From contig RFOZ01000001.1 in NCBI GenBank assembly GCA_009926405.1, forward strand, positions 3,261 to 67,260: 64,000 bases of DNA, in the 5' to 3' direction. Below the pieces are notes generated by a model. It was not told the origin of the DNA. It saw nothing but the letters and a program-made list of their open reading frames with translations, and ran no database searches. Source of the DNA: Cytophagia bacterium. Its GTDB lineage: Bacteria > Bacteroidota > Bacteroidia > UBA7662. The number at the start of each line of letters is the position of its first letter. The stretch's first letter is position 1. The position numbers were made by a program, and so were the translations under genes. This document shows positions 18,432 to 29,923 of this stretch, in pieces.

Positions 18432-20564
18432 ATGTCACAGAAGGATTTAGGCTTCACCCGCAATATTGGAATCGCGGCCCATATTGACGCCGGCAAGACC
18501 ACGACCACCGAGCGTGTTCTGTATTATACCGGCATGACCCACAAAATCGGTGAGGTTCACGACGGTGCTGCGACCATGGACTGGATGGCCCAAGAGCAGG
18601 AGCGTGGTATTACGATTACCTCCGCTGCTACCAAGACTTCTTGGAAATGGCAAGACAAGGAGTACGCCGTTAATATTATTGATACCCCCGGTCACGTTGA
18701 TTTTACCGTAGAGGTAAACCGTTCCCTCCGTGTCTTGGATGGTCTGGTTTTCTTGTTTTCAGCAGTCGATGGGGTCGAGCCTCAGTCCGAAACCAATTGG
18801 CGCCTCGCCGACAACTACAAAGTACCCCGTTTGGGTTTTGTAAACAAAATGGACCGTCAAGGTTCTGATTTTTTCAAAGTCTGCCAGCAGGTCAAGGATA
18901 TGCTCGGTTCCAATGCTGTTCCGATTCAGATTCCCATCGGCGAAGAAGAGCATTTCAAAGGTGTCATTGATTTGATTACCAACCAGGCCATTGTTTGGGA
19001 CGAGGCCTCCAAAGGCATGACTTTTCAGGTGATTGAAACACCGGCTGATTTAGTCGAAGAAGCCCATCGCTACCGCCAGCAGCTCATCGAGGTTTGTGCC
19101 GAATACGATGACGCCTTAATGGAAAAGTTTTTTGACGATCCTGATTCCATTACGCAAGAAGAAATCCGGTCGGCACTCCGCAAAGCGGTGTGTGACCAGA
19201 AAGTCGTCCCCATGCTATGTGGATCAGCCTTCAAAAACAAAGGTGTTCAAGCCGTGCTCGATGCAGTGTGCGCTTTCTTGCCTGCCCCAATTGATCAGGA
19301 AGCGGTGACCGGGACCAATCCCAAAACCGACGCCGAAGAAACACGTAAGCCCTCCATTGACGCTCCTTTTTGTGCTTTGGCTTTCAAAGTAGCTACGGAT
19401 CCTTTCGTTGGACGCCTGGTATTCTTCCGGGTTTACAGCGGTCGTTTGGATGCGGGGTCCTATGTTTTGAAGGTCCGCAATGAGCCGGACAAGGGTATTG
19501 TTATGGAAAAAGAGCGGATTTCCCGCCTCTTCCAGATGCATGCCAACGATCGCAAGGCCATTGATTTCGTAGAGGCCGGTGACATCTGTGCTGCCGTTGG
19601 TTTCAAGGATATCAAAACGGGTGACACCCTCTGCGCCGAAAATGCTCCCATCATTTTGGAAGCGATGCAATTCCCCGATCCGGTTATCGGATTGGCGATT
19701 GAACCCAAAACCCAGGCTGATTCCGATAAATTGGGAACAGCCCTCGCCAAATTGGCGGAGGAAGATCCCACTTTCAAGGTCAAAACAGACGAGGACACCG
19801 GACAAACCATCATTTCGGGTATGGGCGAATTGCACCTCGAAATCATTGTGGATCGTCTTCGCCGTGAATTCAAGGTGGAATGCAACCAGGGCGCACCCCA
19901 GGTTAACTACAAGGAGGCCATCACAACGTCCGTTACCCACCGTGAAGTCTACAAAAAGCAAACAGGTGGTCGCGGTAAGTTCGCGGACATTTTTGTGGAA
20001 ATCATGCCGGGGGATCCTGAAAAAGCAGGTCTTGAATTTGTGAATGAAATCGTCGGTGGATCCGTTCCACGTGAATTTATTCCTTCGGTCGAAAAGGGCT
20101 TTGCTGCCGCCATGGCCAACGGTGTACTCGCCGGATTTACCATGGATACCCTCAAGGTTCGCCTTTTTGATGGTAGTTTTCACGCCGTTGACTCGGATTC
20201 GTTGTCCTTTGAAATCGCAGCCCGCACGGCTTTCCGTGAGGCTTGCCGCAAAGCCAACCCAATCCTCCTCGAGCCGATCATGAAAGTGGAGGTCATCACC
20301 CCTGAAGATTACATGGGCGATGTTATCGGGGACTTGAACAAGCGACGTGGTCAGATGCAAGGCATGGATTCCCGTAACGGTGCTCAGGTCATCAAAGCCC
20401 AGGTTCCTTTGGCGGAGATGTTTGGCTATGTGACCGTTTTGCGGACCCTTACATCCGGTCGCGCCACTTCTACCATGGAGTTCTCGCATTACGCTGAAAC
20501 CCCTAAGAATATTTCTGAAGACGTCTTGGCCAAGTACAAGGCCATGAAAGCCGAAAAAGATTAA
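18432..20564 (+). CDS. fusA: Elongation factor G
   Basis: [32 protein letters not shown]. Confidence 0.99.
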   Translation: MSQKDLGFTRNIGIAAHIDAGKTTTTERVLYYTGMTHKIGEVHDGAATMDWMAQEQERGITITSAATKTSWKWQDKEYAVNIIDTPGHVDFTVEVNRSLRVLDGLVFLFSAVDGVEPQSETNWRLADNYKVPRLGFVNKMDRQGSDFFKVCQQVKDMLGSNAVPIQIPIGEEEHFKGVIDLITNQAIVWDEASKGMTFQVIETPADLVEEAHRYRQQLIEVCAEYDDALMEKFFDDPDSITQEEIRSALRKAVCDQKVVPMLCGSAFKNKGVQAVLDAVCAFLPAPIDQEAVTGTNPKTDAEETRKPSIDAPFCALAFKVATDPFVGRLVFFRVYSGRLDAGSYVLKVRNEPDKGIVMEKERISRLFQMHANDRKAIDFVEAGDICAAVGFKDIKTGDTLCAENAPIILEAMQFPDPVIGLAIEPKTQADSDKLGTALAKLAEEDPTFKVKTDEDTGQTIISGMGELHLEIIVDRLRREFKVECNQGAPQVNYKEAITTSVTHREVYKKQTGGRGKFADIFVEIMPGDPEKAGLEFVNEIVGGSVPREFIPSVEKGFAAAMANGVLAGFTMDTLKVRLFDGSFHAVDSDSLSFEIAARTAFREACRKANPILLEPIMKVEVITPEDYMGDVIGDLNKRRGQMQGMDSRNGAQVIKAQVPLAEMFGYVTVLRTLTSGRATSTMEFSHYAETPKNISEDVLAKYKAMKAEKD

Positions 20565-20573
20565 ACCGCCGTT

Positions 20574-20879
20574 ATGAGCCATCGTATTCGCATCAAACTC
20601 AAATCCTACGATCACAACTTGGTCGATAAATCGGCGGAGAAGATCGTTAAGACCGTCAAAATGACGGGCGCCGTTGTGAGCGGTCCTATTCCTTTGCCGA
20701 CCGAAAAGAAAATCTTTACCGTGCTCAAATCACCGCACGTTAACAAAAAAGCCCGTGAGCAATTTCAACTCTGCTCTTACAAGCGGGTAATGGATATCCA
20801 TAGTTCTTCGTCCAAGACCGTGGATGCTCTTATGAAGCTGGAATTGCCCAGCGGTGTGGACGTCGAAATCAAAGTCTAA
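20574..20879 (+). CDS. rpsJ: 30S ribosomal protein S10
   Basis: [29 protein letters not shown]. Confidence 0.99.
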   Translation: MSHRIRIKLKSYDHNLVDKSAEKIVKTVKMTGAVVSGPIPLPTEKKIFTVLKSPHVNKKAREQFQLCSYKRVMDIHSSSSKTVDALMKLELPSGVDVEIKV

Positions 20880-20883
20880 CGCT

Positions 20884-21501
20884 ATGTCAGGTATTATTGG
20901 TAAGAAAATTGGTATGACCTCCGTCTTTGCAGCGGATGGTGCAATGATTCCCTGTACTGTTCTGGAAGCGGGCCCTTGTGTTGTAACGCAGGTCCGCACC
21001 AAGGACAAGGACGGGTATGAAGCGGTGCAATTGGCCTTTGGTGATCGCAAGGAGAAATCCTCCACGCAGCCACTGATTGGCCACTTCAAAAAAGCCGGTA
21101 CGGGCCCCAAAGCCAAAGTAACCGAGTTCCGTGGTTTCGACAAGGACCTTCAACTGGGAGACCAAGTGGATGTGACCCTCTTCAAGGAGGGCGATTCCGT
21201 GGATGTCATTGGTGAGACCAAGGGTAAAGGTTTCCAAGGGGTCGTTAAGCGTCACGGTTTTGGTGGTGTCGGCGGTCAAACCCACGGTCAGCACAACCGC
21301 CTCCGTGCTCCCGGTTCTTTGGGTGCTTCTTCGTTCCCCAGCCGCGTTTTCAAAGGAATGCGGATGGCCGGTCAAACCGGTAACGTTCGCCGCACTGCTC
21401 AGAATTTGCAAATTGTTAAAGTTTATCCCGAGCAAAATCTCCTCGTTGTCAAAGGCTCCGTTCCCGGTGCTAATGGCTCTTGGGTTTTGGTTCAGAAATA
21501 A
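20884..21501 (+). CDS. rplC: 50S ribosomal protein L3
   Basis: [22 protein letters not shown] 20884. Confidence 0.99.
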   Translation: MSGIIGKKIGMTSVFAADGAMIPCTVLEAGPCVVTQVRTKDKDGYEAVQLAFGDRKEKSSTQPLIGHFKKAGTGPKAKVTEFRGFDKDLQLGDQVDVTLFKEGDSVDVIGETKGKGFQGVVKRHGFGGVGGQTHGQHNRLRAPGSLGASSFPSRVFKGMRMAGQTGNVRRTAQNLQIVKVYPEQNLLVVKGSVPGANGSWVLVQK

Positions 21502-21517
21502 TTCATTCGCCTACGTC

Positions 21518-22144
21518 ATGGAAACCGCCGTTTATTCCCGCTCAGGCCAGGCCACCGATCGCAAAGTGGTTCTGGATGATCAGGTTTTTTGTTCAGAGCC
21601 CAACGACCACGCCATTTATTTGGACGTGAAGTTGCATCTCGCCAATCGTCGCCAGGGTACTGCCAAGGCCAAGGAAAGATCCGAAATGAGCGGCTCAACC
21701 CGCAAGCTATTCCGTCAAAAGGGAACCGGTGGCGCACGCCGCGGGGATATCAACAGCCCTTTGATGTACGGTGGTGCTCGCGTTTTTGGTCCGAAGCCAC
21801 GGGATTATTCCTTCAAGCTCAACAAAAAGTTGCGACAGCTGGCTCGTCGTTCGGCTCTCTCTTACAAAGTGCAGGGTAACCAGCTTTTTGTGGTGGAGGA
21901 TTTTTCGATGGACTCCCCCAAAACCAAAGATTTCATGACGCTCATCCGGAATTTTTCGTTGGATGGACGACGCGTATTGTTGGTTACCGGTGAAAATCAG
22001 CCTAACCTGGTTCTTTCCGGTCGCAACATCCCCAATGCTCGTGTCATGATTGCCCAGGATTTGAATACCTACGATGTGATGAATGCACACTGTCTGCTCG
22101 TTCAGCAGAGCGCTGTGGCCAAAATTCAGGAAACCCTCCTCTAA
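21518..22144 (+). CDS. rplD: 50S ribosomal protein L4
   Basis: RQGT, RQKGTGGARRG, FGPKPR; ATG 21518. Confidence 0.98.
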   Translation: METAVYSRSGQATDRKVVLDDQVFCSEPNDHAIYLDVKLHLANRRQGTAKAKERSEMSGSTRKLFRQKGTGGARRGDINSPLMYGGARVFGPKPRDYSFKLNKKLRQLARRSALSYKVQGNQLFVVEDFSMDSPKTKDFMTLIRNFSLDGRRVLLVTGENQPNLVLSGRNIPNARVMIAQDLNTYDVMNAHCLLVQQSAVAKIQETLL

Positions 22145-22152
22145 TACAAGTT

Positions 22153-22443
22153 ATGGAAACCCTCAAAAAACCGGTGGTAACCGAAAAGATGACCCGTTTA
22201 ACGGAAAAGCATCAACAATATGCTTTTCGGGTTGATAAGCGTGCCAACAAGATCCAAATCCGGACCGCTGTTGAAAGCATGTACGGTGTTACGGTGGAAT
22301 CGGTGAATACCATGCGCTATGCAGGGGATACCCGCAGTCGCAGCACCAAATCGGGCATCCTCCGCGGTCGCACCGATTCCTTCAAAAAAGCTATTGTTAC
22401 CCTCAAAGCCGGGGATAGTATCGATTATTACGCCGGCCTCTAA
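22153..22443 (+). CDS. rplW: 50S ribosomal protein L23
   Basis: PVVTEK, ANKIQI, KKAIVTL. Confidence 0.98.
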   Translation: METLKKPVVTEKMTRLTEKHQQYAFRVDKRANKIQIRTAVESMYGVTVESVNTMRYAGDTRSRSTKSGILRGRTDSFKKAIVTLKAGDSIDYYAGL

Positions 22444-22452
22444 ATCATTGCT

Positions 22453-23277
22453 ATGTCAGTCAAACGATTCAAACCGCTAACCCCGGGTCTTCGCTTTAAG
22501 GTAGCCAACACCTTTGCGGAGTTGACCACGGACAAGCCTGAGAAGTCCTTGTTGGCTCCTCTATCCAAGTCCGGGGGTCGAAACAGGGATGGCAAAATGA
22601 CCATGCGCTACATTGGCGGTGGTCACAAGAAAATGTACCGGATGGTGGATTTTCGTCGGGATAAGGTGGATATTCCAGCCACCGTCAAGACGATTGAATA
22701 CGATCCCAATCGTTCTGCTTTTATTGCCCTTTTGTTTTATGCGGATGGTGAGAAGCGCTACATTCTAGCCCCCAAGGGTTTGAAGGTGGGAACAACGGTG
22801 ATGTCCGGCAAGAATGCAACGCCTGATGCAGGAAACTGTTTGTATCTCTCCCAAATTCCTTTGGGTTCCAGCATTCATAACATTGAATTACGTCCTGGTC
22901 GTGGAGGTCAAATGGTCCGTTCGGCCGGTGGCTCAGCCATTCTCGCCGCCCGCGATGGCCAATACGCCATTATCAAATTGCCTTCCGGTGAAACCAGGAT
23001 GGTATTGCAAGCGTGCATGGCTACCATGGGCGTTTTGTCCAACGAGGACCATCTTTTGGAAATTAGCGGTAAAGCCGGTCGCTCGCGCTGGTTGGGTCGT
23101 CGTCCAAGGGTCCGTGGTGTTGCCATGAACCCTGTTGACCACCCCATGGGTGGTGGTGAGGGCCGTGCATCCGGTGGACACCCACGCTCTCGCAATAGCA
23201 TTCCTTCGAAGGGTTACAAAACCCGTCGTGGAAAACGTCCTTCGGATCGTCTAATCATCAAACGTCGTACCAACTAA
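22453..23277 (+). CDS. rplB: 50S ribosomal protein L2
   Basis: [25 protein letters not shown]. Confidence 0.99.
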   Translation: MSVKRFKPLTPGLRFKVANTFAELTTDKPEKSLLAPLSKSGGRNRDGKMTMRYIGGGHKKMYRMVDFRRDKVDIPATVKTIEYDPNRSAFIALLFYADGEKRYILAPKGLKVGTTVMSGKNATPDAGNCLYLSQIPLGSSIHNIELRPGRGGQMVRSAGGSAILAARDGQYAIIKLPSGETRMVLQACMATMGVLSNEDHLLEISGKAGRSRWLGRRPRVRGVAMNPVDHPMGGGEGRASGGHPRSRNSIPSKGYKTRRGKRPSDRLIIKRRTN

Positions 23278-23304
23278 TTTAATAACGCAATCTACCTCAT
23301 CGTT

Positions 23305-23571
23305 ATGCCTCGTTCCCTCAAAAAAGGCCCCTTCATTGAATACACCCTCGAGCGTAAAATCGAGGCGATGAACAACGGTGCCAAAAAAACCGTGGTTAAA
23401 ACATGGTCTCGACGCTCCATGGTAATTCCCGAATTTGTCGGTCACACCATCGCAGTCCATAATGGCAACAAGTTTATCCCTGTTTATGTAACCGAAAACA
23501 TGGTTGGACACAAGCTGGGTGAATTTTCTCCAACCCGTACGTTCCGGGGTCACTCCGGTAACCGCAAATAA
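23305..23571 (+). CDS. rpsS: 30S ribosomal protein S19
   Basis: [21 protein letters not shown]. Confidence 0.99.
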   Translation: MPRSLKKGPFIEYTLERKIEAMNNGAKKTVVKTWSRRSMVIPEFVGHTIAVHNGNKFIPVYVTENMVGHKLGEFSPTRTFRGHSGNRK

Positions 23572-23579
23572 TCGACGCT

Positions 23580-23939
23580 ATGGAAGCCAAAGCTATACTT
23601 AGGGACTGCCCTACCTCCCCTCAAAAGATGCGTTTGCTGGCCGATATGATTCGCGGTCGCAAAGTGGATCAGGCTCAAGGCTTGTTGAAGTTTTCCAAAA
23701 AGGAAGCTTCAGCCCGTCTCGAAAAGCTGCTGATGTCCGCTGTTGCTAATTGGGAACGCAAGAACGAAGACCTCAGCCTTGAATCAGCGGAACTCTACGT
23801 CAAGCAGATTTTTGTGGACGGTGGAAAGATGCTCAAGCGCCTTCGTCCAGCTCCTCAGGGCCGTGGTCACCGCATTCTCAAAAGATCCAATCATATCACT
23901 ATCGTGGTTGACGCCACGAACAACTCCGAAAACGCCTAA
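23580..23939 (+). CDS. rplV: 50S ribosomal protein L22
   Basis: [22 protein letters not shown]. Confidence 0.98.
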   Translation: MEAKAILRDCPTSPQKMRLLADMIRGRKVDQAQGLLKFSKKEASARLEKLLMSAVANWERKNEDLSLESAELYVKQIFVDGGKMLKRLRPAPQGRGHRILKRSNHITIVVDATNNSENA

Positions 23940-23943
23940 TCAA

Positions 23944-24732
23944 ATGGGACAGAAAACCAATCCAATCAGCCTAAGGCTGGGATACATCAAAGGCTGGGAC
24001 TCCAACTGGTTTGGCGGCAAGAACTACGCCGACAAAATTCTAGAGGACGACAAAATCCGCCGTTATTTGAGCGCGCGCATCAACAACAGTGGTATTTCCA
24101 AGTTGGTGATTGAGCGTACCCTCAAACGGATTATCATCACCATTCACACCAGTCGTCCAGGCATTGTCATCGGAAAAGGTGGCCAAGAAGTTGATAAGAT
24201 CAAAGAAGAAATCAAGAAGCTCACCCAAAAGGAGATTCAGATTAACATTCACGAAATCAAGAAGCCTGAGTTAGAGGCTGCTTTGGTTGCCGAAGGGATT
24301 GCTCGTCAGCTCGAAGGGCGTGTTTCTTTCCGTCGTGCGATGAAGATGGCCCTGGCTTCAACCATGCGTCTGAATGCCGAAGGCATCAAGGTCATGGTTT
24401 CGGGTCGATTGGGCGGCGCTGAAATTGCCAGAACGGAACAATACAAAGAAGGACGTATTCCACTGCACACGCTTCGTGCTGATATCGATTACGCGCTCAA
24501 AGAAGCCCAAACCGTTTACGGAAAAATTGGGGTTAAAGTTTGGATTTGTCGCGGTGAAGTTTTCGGCAAGCGCGATTTGTCCCCCAATGTTGGGGTCAGT
24601 GCAGGAGGTGGTCGTTCCGAACAAGGTGGTGGTCGTGGAGACCGTCCCGGTGGTGGTCGCGGTGATCGCCGTGGTCCCCGTGGTGAAGGACGCTCCGAAG
24701 GGCGTGGGGGTGATCGCCGCAACAGAAGCTAA
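23944..24732 (+). CDS. rpsC: 30S ribosomal protein S3
   Basis: [31 protein letters not shown]; Gly/Arg-rich tail; ATG 23944. Confidence 0.99.
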   Translation: MGQKTNPISLRLGYIKGWDSNWFGGKNYADKILEDDKIRRYLSARINNSGISKLVIERTLKRIIITIHTSRPGIVIGKGGQEVDKIKEEIKKLTQKEIQINIHEIKKPELEAALVAEGIARQLEGRVSFRRAMKMALASTMRLNAEGIKVMVSGRLGGAEIARTEQYKEGRIPLHTLRADIDYALKEAQTVYGKIGVKVWICRGEVFGKRDLSPNVGVSAGGGRSEQGGGRGDRPGGGRGDRRGPRGEGRSEGRGGDRRNRS

Positions 24733-24743
24733 AGGAAATTGAT

Positions 24744-25178
24744 ATGTTACAACCAAAAAGAACCAAATTTCGCAAAACCCACAAGGGTCGCGTTCACGGG
24801 ATGGCTACCCGCGGGGCCGAATTGTCCTTCGGTAGTTTTGGACTCAAATCTCTGGAGGCCAAATGGATTACCTCTCGGCAAATCGAGTCTGCTCGTATTG
24901 CGGTGACTCGTTTTATGAAGAGGGAAGGCCAGGTATGGATCCGTATTTTCCCGGATAAGCCGATTACCAAAAAGCCCGCAGAAGTCCGTATGGGTAAGGG
25001 TAAGGGTGCACCCGAATATTGGGTGGCTGTTGTCAAACCCGGGACCCTGATTTTTGAAGCCGAAGGTGTTCCCTTGGAAATTGCACGCGAAGCATTGCGC
25101 TTGGCAGCTCAGAAACTCCCTGTTTCAACCTCCTTTGTGGTTCGTCGCGATTATGTTACCGAAGCCAAAAGCGCCTAA
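24744..25178 (+). CDS. rplP: 50S ribosomal protein L16
   Basis: [20 protein letters not shown]. Confidence 0.99.
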   Translation: MLQPKRTKFRKTHKGRVHGMATRGAELSFGSFGLKSLEAKWITSRQIESARIAVTRFMKREGQVWIRIFPDKPITKKPAEVRMGKGKGAPEYWVAVVKPGTLIFEAEGVPLEIAREALRLAAQKLPVSTSFVVRRDYVTEAKSA

Positions 25179-25211
25179 TCGTTTTCATCGTACCCTGTAG
25201 ACCGTTTTATC

Positions 25212-25415
25212 ATGAAGAATACCGACCTCACCGCTCTCTCCGTTACCGATTTGCAGGAGCGTATCCGTGACGAAAAAGCCAATTTGCATAAAATGCGCTT
25301 CAATCATGCGGTATCAGCCGTGGAAAATCCCATGCGGATTCGTCAAAGCCGCCGTGAAGTGGCCCGGATGATGACCGAACTCAACGCCCGCCAACGCTCG
25401 AACAACAACGCATAA
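25212..25415 (+). CDS. rpmC: 50S ribosomal protein L29
   Basis: ENPMRIR..RREVAR; operon position. Confidence 0.96.
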   Translation: MKNTDLTALSVTDLQERIRDEKANLHKMRFNHAVSAVENPMRIRQSRREVARMMTELNARQRSNNNA

Positions 25416-25425
25416 CCTACCATTC

Positions 25426-25734
25426 ATGGAAGATTTGAATACGCCTGCGGTATCGCCCGCTCAGACATCGACGGCCGACCAGCCACGTCGCTTTCGCAAA
25501 GAGAAAGTAGGGGTGGTGGTTTCCAACAAAATGAATAAGTCCATCACGATTTCGGTGGAGAAGAAGGTGAAGGATAGCATGTACCACAAGTTCATGAAGA
25601 GTTCACGCAAATTCATGGCCCACGATGAGGAGAATACTTGCAATGTTGGCGATCGTGTTCGGATTGTTGAAACCCGTCCATTGAGCAAAAACAAATGCTG
25701 GCGCCTCGTAGAAGTTATCGAAAGAGCGAAGTAA
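25426..25734 (+). CDS. rpsQ: 30S ribosomal protein S17
   Basis: [25 protein letters not shown]; short N-terminal extension. Confidence 0.97.
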   Translation: MEDLNTPAVSPAQTSTADQPRRFRKEKVGVVVSNKMNKSITISVEKKVKDSMYHKFMKSSRKFMAHDEENTCNVGDRVRIVETRPLSKNKCWRLVEVIERAK

Positions 25735-25771
25735 TCCACCCTCTACAACCCTTTACAGAAAAGACCCTACC

Positions 25772-26140
25772 ATGGTACAACAGGAAAGTCGCTTAGCCGT
25801 AGCCGATAACAGCGGCGCCAAAGAAGTTCTTTGCATCCGCGTTTTGGGCGGAACCGGCAAACGCTACGCCAGCGTTGGCGACAAAATCGTCGTTTCCATT
25901 AAATCGGCCATTCCGACCGGCAATGCCAAAAAAGGCACGGTGTCCAAGGCCGTTGTCGTTCGGACTGCCAAAGAAGTACGTCGTCGGGATGGTTCTTACA
26001 TACGTTTTGACGACAACGCGGTTGTTTTGTTGAATGCGCAGGACGAGCCTCGTGGTACCCGCATCTTTGGCCCTGTGGCCAGGGAGCTGCGTGAAAAGCA
26101 ATTCATGAAGATTGTTTCACTGGCCCCGGAAGTCCTCTAA
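25772..26140 (+). CDS. rplN: 50S ribosomal protein L14
   Basis: [27 protein letters not shown]. Confidence 0.99.
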   Translation: MVQQESRLAVADNSGAKEVLCIRVLGGTGKRYASVGDKIVVSIKSAIPTGNAKKGTVSKAVVVRTAKEVRRRDGSYIRFDDNAVVLLNAQDEPRGTRIFGPVARELREKQFMKIVSLAPEVL

Positions 26141-26154
26141 GAATTTTTGATGTT

Positions 26155-26502
26155 ATGAAAAAGTCCAAGAATCACGAAACCCCTATTGCCAAGCCAAAAC
26201 TCCGGAAGGGAGATTTGGTGCAGGTGATTGCCGGTGATAACCGCGGCAAACAAGGTCGCATCCTTCAAATGGTCCGCGAAACGAATCGTGCCGTTGTTGA
26301 AGGTCTCAATATGGTCAGCCGTCACACCAAGCCCTCCGCGGCTTCGCCCAACGGAGGCATTATCAAGAAAGAAGCGCCGATACATTTGTCCAACCTACAA
26401 TTGGTTGTGGCCGGTAAACCAACCCGTGTCGGACGCAAAACCAACGAGGCCGGAGATCTGGTCCGTTTCGCCAAATCCAACCAGGAAATTATCCCGTCAT
26501 GA
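26155..26502 (+). CDS. rplX: 50S ribosomal protein L24
   Basis: [13 protein letters not shown] motif, EAPIHLSN. Confidence 0.98.
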   Translation: MKKSKNHETPIAKPKLRKGDLVQVIAGDNRGKQGRILQMVRETNRAVVEGLNMVSRHTKPSAASPNGGIIKKEAPIHLSNLQLVVAGKPTRVGRKTNEAGDLVRFAKSNQEIIPS

Positions 26503-27056
26503 GCTATCAGGTACGACTTAAAGTCAAATACAACACGGAGGTCGTTGCAGCCCTCAAGGAGAAGTTTGGATACAAAAACATCATGGAGGTTCCACGCCTC
26601 ACCAAAATTTGTATCAATCAAGGAGTTGGTGCCGCGGTTTCTGATAAGAAGTTAATCGACAATGCCCTGGGTGAAATTACCCAAATCACCGGGCAGAAGC
26701 CGATCGCTACCTTGTCCCGCAAGGCCATCTCCAATTTTAAGCTTCGCGAAAAAATGCCGATTGGCGTCAAGGTTACTTTGCGCAATGAACGCATGTACGA
26801 GTTTCTCGATCGTTTGGTTGCTGTGGCTTTGCCCCGCGTACGCGATTTCAAAGGCATTCCTGCCAAAGGGTTTGATGGCCGTGGCAATTACACCTTGGGT
26901 GTTACAGAACAGATTATTTTCCCGGAGATTAACATTGACAAAGTCAACAAGATCAACGGTATGCACATCACTTTTGTTACAACGGCCCGCAACGACGAAG
27001 AAGCCAAGGCGCTTCTGGCCGAACTAGGTCTTCCCTTCAAATCTTCAAAGAACTAA
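26499..27056 (+). CDS. rplE: 50S ribosomal protein L5
   Basis: [26 protein letters not shown]. Confidence 0.99.
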   Translation: MSYQVRLKVKYNTEVVAALKEKFGYKNIMEVPRLTKICINQGVGAAVSDKKLIDNALGEITQITGQKPIATLSRKAISNFKLREKMPIGVKVTLRNERMYEFLDRLVAVALPRVRDFKGIPAKGFDGRGNYTLGVTEQIIFPEINIDKVNKINGMHITFVTTARNDEEAKALLAELGLPFKSSKN

Positions 27057-27059
27057 ATC

Positions 27060-27329
27060 ATGGCCAAAGAAGGTATCAAAGCCCGCGATAAGAAACGCCT
27101 CAAAACCGTTGAGCGCTACGCAGCTAAGCGTAAAGCTCTCAAAGAGGCCGGTGATGTTTTGGGCTTGCAGAAGCTACCACGCAATGCTTCTCCCGTTCGC
27201 ATTCACAATCGTTGCAGCATCTCCGGTCGCCCCCGGGGCTTTATGCGTCAGTTCGGCATCTCAAGGGTCTTGTTCCGCAAGATGGCTTCAGCCGGCTTGA
27301 TTCCTGGTGTTACAAAAGCCTCCTGGTAA
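27060..27329 (+). CDS. rpsN: 30S ribosomal protein S14 (89-aa, zinc-independent type)
   Basis: LPRNASP, NRC...[14 protein letters not shown]. Confidence 0.98.
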   Translation: MAKEGIKARDKKRLKTVERYAAKRKALKEAGDVLGLQKLPRNASPVRIHNRCSISGRPRGFMRQFGISRVLFRKMASAGLIPGVTKASW

Positions 27330-27360
27330 ACCTACAATTTGAATTTACGACCCGTATTTT

Positions 27361-27756
27361 ATGACTGATCCAATTGCCGATTACCTAACCCGCCTGCGCA
27401 ATGCGCTCAAGGCCCGTCATCGTATTGTCGAAATCCCGGCCTCGAACACCAAAAAAGCCATTACCCAGGTTCTTTTTGAGAAAGGCTACATTGCCAACTA
27501 CAAATTTGAGGATGAAGGCCCCCAGGGTCACATCAAAATTGCCCTCAAGTACATTCCAGGTACCGGTGAGCCTGTTATCCAAAAGCTTACCCGTGTTAGT
27601 CGCCCAGGCCTACGCCTTTACAAAGGCGTTGAGGACATGCCAAGGGTAATAAACGGACTTGGTATCGCTATTCTTTCCACCAACAAGGGAATCATGACCG
27701 ACAAAGAAGCCAAAAGGCTGAATGTCGGAGGTGAAGTTCTCTGTTACGTATCCTAA
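27361..27756 (+). CDS. rpsH: 30S ribosomal protein S8
   Basis: TDPIADYLTRLRN, SRPGLR, GGEVLCYV. Confidence 0.99.
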   Translation: MTDPIADYLTRLRNALKARHRIVEIPASNTKKAITQVLFEKGYIANYKFEDEGPQGHIKIALKYIPGTGEPVIQKLTRVSRPGLRLYKGVEDMPRVINGLGIAILSTNKGIMTDKEAKRLNVGGEVLCYVS

Positions 27757-27787
27757 ACCGGTCAACCTAAGTACCAACAAACGCATC

Positions 27788-28342
27788 ATGTCACGAATAG
27801 GCAAGCTTCCGCTCCGTATTCCCTCCGGGGTTCAGGTCCTCATGGACAAGAACCATGTTACCGTGAAGGGCCCCAAAGGTGAATTGTCCCGTACGGTCGA
27901 TCCGGATATTCTTCTGGAGATGAACGACGGTGTTATCACGGTGAACCGTCCCACAGACAGCAAGCGTCATCGTGCGCTGCATGGTTTGTACCGGGCTCTT
28001 TTGGCCAACATGGTGCAGGGGGTATCCGAAGGTTACACCTTGCAACAAGAATTGGTGGGTGTTGGTTACCGTGCCAATGCCAACGGGCAATTGCTTGAAT
28101 TGGCCTTGGGTTTTTCGCATGAAATCGTTATGCAAATTCCCAAAGAAGTCAAATTAGCAACCGAGACGCTCAAGGGTAAGAACCCGATCATCACCCTCAG
28201 CAGCCATGACAAAGAATTGCTAGGTCAGGTTGCTGCCAAAATCCGTTCATTGCGTGCACCGGAGCCATACAAAGGCAAGGGTATTCGCTTTGTGAATGAA
28301 ATCATCCGCAAAAAAGCTGGTAAATCAGCTTCCAAGAAATAA
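27788..28342 (+). CDS. rplF: 50S ribosomal protein L6
   Basis: [24 protein letters not shown] 27788. Confidence 0.99.
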   Translation: MSRIGKLPLRIPSGVQVLMDKNHVTVKGPKGELSRTVDPDILLEMNDGVITVNRPTDSKRHRALHGLYRALLANMVQGVSEGYTLQQELVGVGYRANANGQLLELALGFSHEIVMQIPKEVKLATETLKGKNPIITLSSHDKELLGQVAAKIRSLRAPEPYKGKGIRFVNEIIRKKAGKSASKK

Positions 28343-28371
28343 TCGCTAATCCAAACTACCAAAAACTTCCC

Positions 28372-28728
28372 ATGGCCTACGACCGTACCGAACGCCGCTC
28401 CCGAATACACAGAGGGATACGCAAGAAAATCACCGGTTCCGGTGAGCGTCCCCGTTTATCGGTGTTTCGTTCCAATACCGAAATCTATGCCCAGATTATT
28501 GATGACGACCAAGGCCGTACCCTGTGCGCAGCTTCGACTCGTGAAAAATCCCTCAAGGGAATGAATGCCAAGCGCGTGGAGCAGTCCACCGCGGTTGGTA
28601 AGCTTTTGGCCGAAAAAGCCTTGGCTGCGGGTGTAACCAAAGTCGTTTTTGACCGCGGAGGATATTTGTATCACGGTCGGGTCAAGGCATTGGCTGAAGG
28701 TGCTCGAGAAGGTGGTCTTCAATTTTAA
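28372..28728 (+). CDS. rplR: 50S ribosomal protein L18
   Basis: [23 protein letters not shown]. Confidence 0.99.
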   Translation: MAYDRTERRSRIHRGIRKKITGSGERPRLSVFRSNTEIYAQIIDDDQGRTLCAASTREKSLKGMNAKRVEQSTAVGKLLAEKALAAGVTKVVFDRGGYLYHGRVKALAEGAREGGLQF

Positions 28729-28742
28729 ACTGAAATATTGTT

Positions 28743-29261
28743 ATGTCAACTACAGATATTCGCAGGGTTAAGGCCAGCGAGATAGAACTCAAAGACCGCT
28801 TGGTAAGCGTACAACGTGTAGCCAAGGTGACCAAAGGCGGTCGCACTTTTTCTTTTTCGGCCATTGTGGTCGTAGGAGACGAGCAGGGAATTGTAGGCTA
28901 CGGCCTCGGCAAAGCCAAGGAAGTATCCGAAGCGATTGCCAAGGGCATTGATGATGCGAAGAAATCCTTGATCAAGGTTCCGGTCTTCAAAGGCACGATA
29001 CCCCACGAAGCCGAAGGCAAATTCGGAGGAGGTTTGGTCTTTATCAAACCGGCAACCCATGGTACGGGTGTTATTGCCGGTGGTGCGATGCGTGCCGTTT
29101 TGGAAAGCGCCGGGATTACCGACGTTTTGGCCAAATCCAAGGGTTCATCCAACCCGCACAACGTAGTAAAGGCAACGATGGCGGCTCTTGGTGCCTTGCG
29201 TGATCCTCACACCGTTTCCCAGCATCGTTCGGTTTCGGTATCCAAAGTATTCAACGGTTAA
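28743..29261 (+). CDS. rpsE: 30S ribosomal protein S5
   Basis: [22 protein letters not shown]. Confidence 0.99.
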   Translation: MSTTDIRRVKASEIELKDRLVSVQRVAKVTKGGRTFSFSAIVVVGDEQGIVGYGLGKAKEVSEAIAKGIDDAKKSLIKVPVFKGTIPHEAEGKFGGGLVFIKPATHGTGVIAGGAMRAVLESAGITDVLAKSKGSSNPHNVVKATMAALGALRDPHTVSQHRSVSVSKVFNG

Positions 29262-29266
29262 TTGTT

Positions 29267-29446
29267 ATGGCAACTTTTCAAATTACCCAAGTCAAAAGCG
29301 CCATAGGCCGTACGGAGCGCCAAAAGCGCACCTTGGTGGCCTTGGGCCTCAAAAAAAACCAAAGCACCGTCCGTCAAGAGGGAACCCCTCAGGTTCTGGG
29401 CATGCTCGAAAAAGTTAAACATCTGGTAAAAATCGAGGAGATCTAA
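29267..29446 (+). CDS. rpmD: 50S ribosomal protein L30 (59 aa; absent from the ORF track)
   Basis: Hand translation MATFQITQVKSAIGRTERQKRTLVALGLKKNQSTVRQEGTPQVLGMLEKVKHLVKIEEI; between rpsE and rplO. Confidence 0.96.
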   Translation: MATFQITQVKSAIGRTERQKRTLVALGLKKNQSTVRQEGTPQVLGMLEKVKHLVKIEEI

Positions 29447-29448
29447 TC

Positions 29449-29913
29449 ATGGACTTAAGTAAAATATCCCCTGCCGAGGGCAGTGTACATCGGACCAAGC
29501 GTATTGGTCGCGGTGAAGGTTCCGGCCGTGGTGGTACGTCCACCAAAGGGCACAAAGGAGCTCAAGCTCGTACGGGCTATTCTTCCAAGCCCGGTTTTGA
29601 AGGGGGACAGATGCCTCTCAAATTGCGGGTGCCAAAATTTGGTTTCAAGAGCCGCAACCGCGTTGAATACATCGCGGTCAATCTGGATCAATTGCAGGCA
29701 TTGCACGAAACCCACGGTGCATCTGAGATGAACCCCGCCTTTTTTGCGGAGCATGGTTTTGGTGCTTCCAGGGGTAGCAGGATCAAAATCCTGGGTCGCG
29801 GTGAATTGACCGGAGCCATCAAGGTCCAAGCCCATGCCTTCAGCGCTTCGGCCAAAGCCCGTATTGAAGCGGCTGGCGGTTCGGTTGCTGCGGTCCAAAC
29901 CACCTCCCATTAA
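29449..29913 (+). CDS. rplO: 50S ribosomal protein L15
   Basis: RIGRGEGSG, GHKG, FEGGQMPL, PKFGF. Confidence 0.99.
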   Translation: MDLSKISPAEGSVHRTKRIGRGEGSGRGGTSTKGHKGAQARTGYSSKPGFEGGQMPLKLRVPKFGFKSRNRVEYIAVNLDQLQALHETHGASEMNPAFFAEHGFGASRGSRIKILGRGELTGAIKVQAHAFSASAKARIEAAGGSVAAVQTTSH

Positions 29914-29923
29914 GTCCTAACTC

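Noticed and set aside
19224..20615. 463-aa ORF antisense to fusA
   Set aside because: Shadow of a highly codon-biased gene on the opposite strand; no recognisable motifs. The same applies to the many other antisense and nested ORFs in the track.
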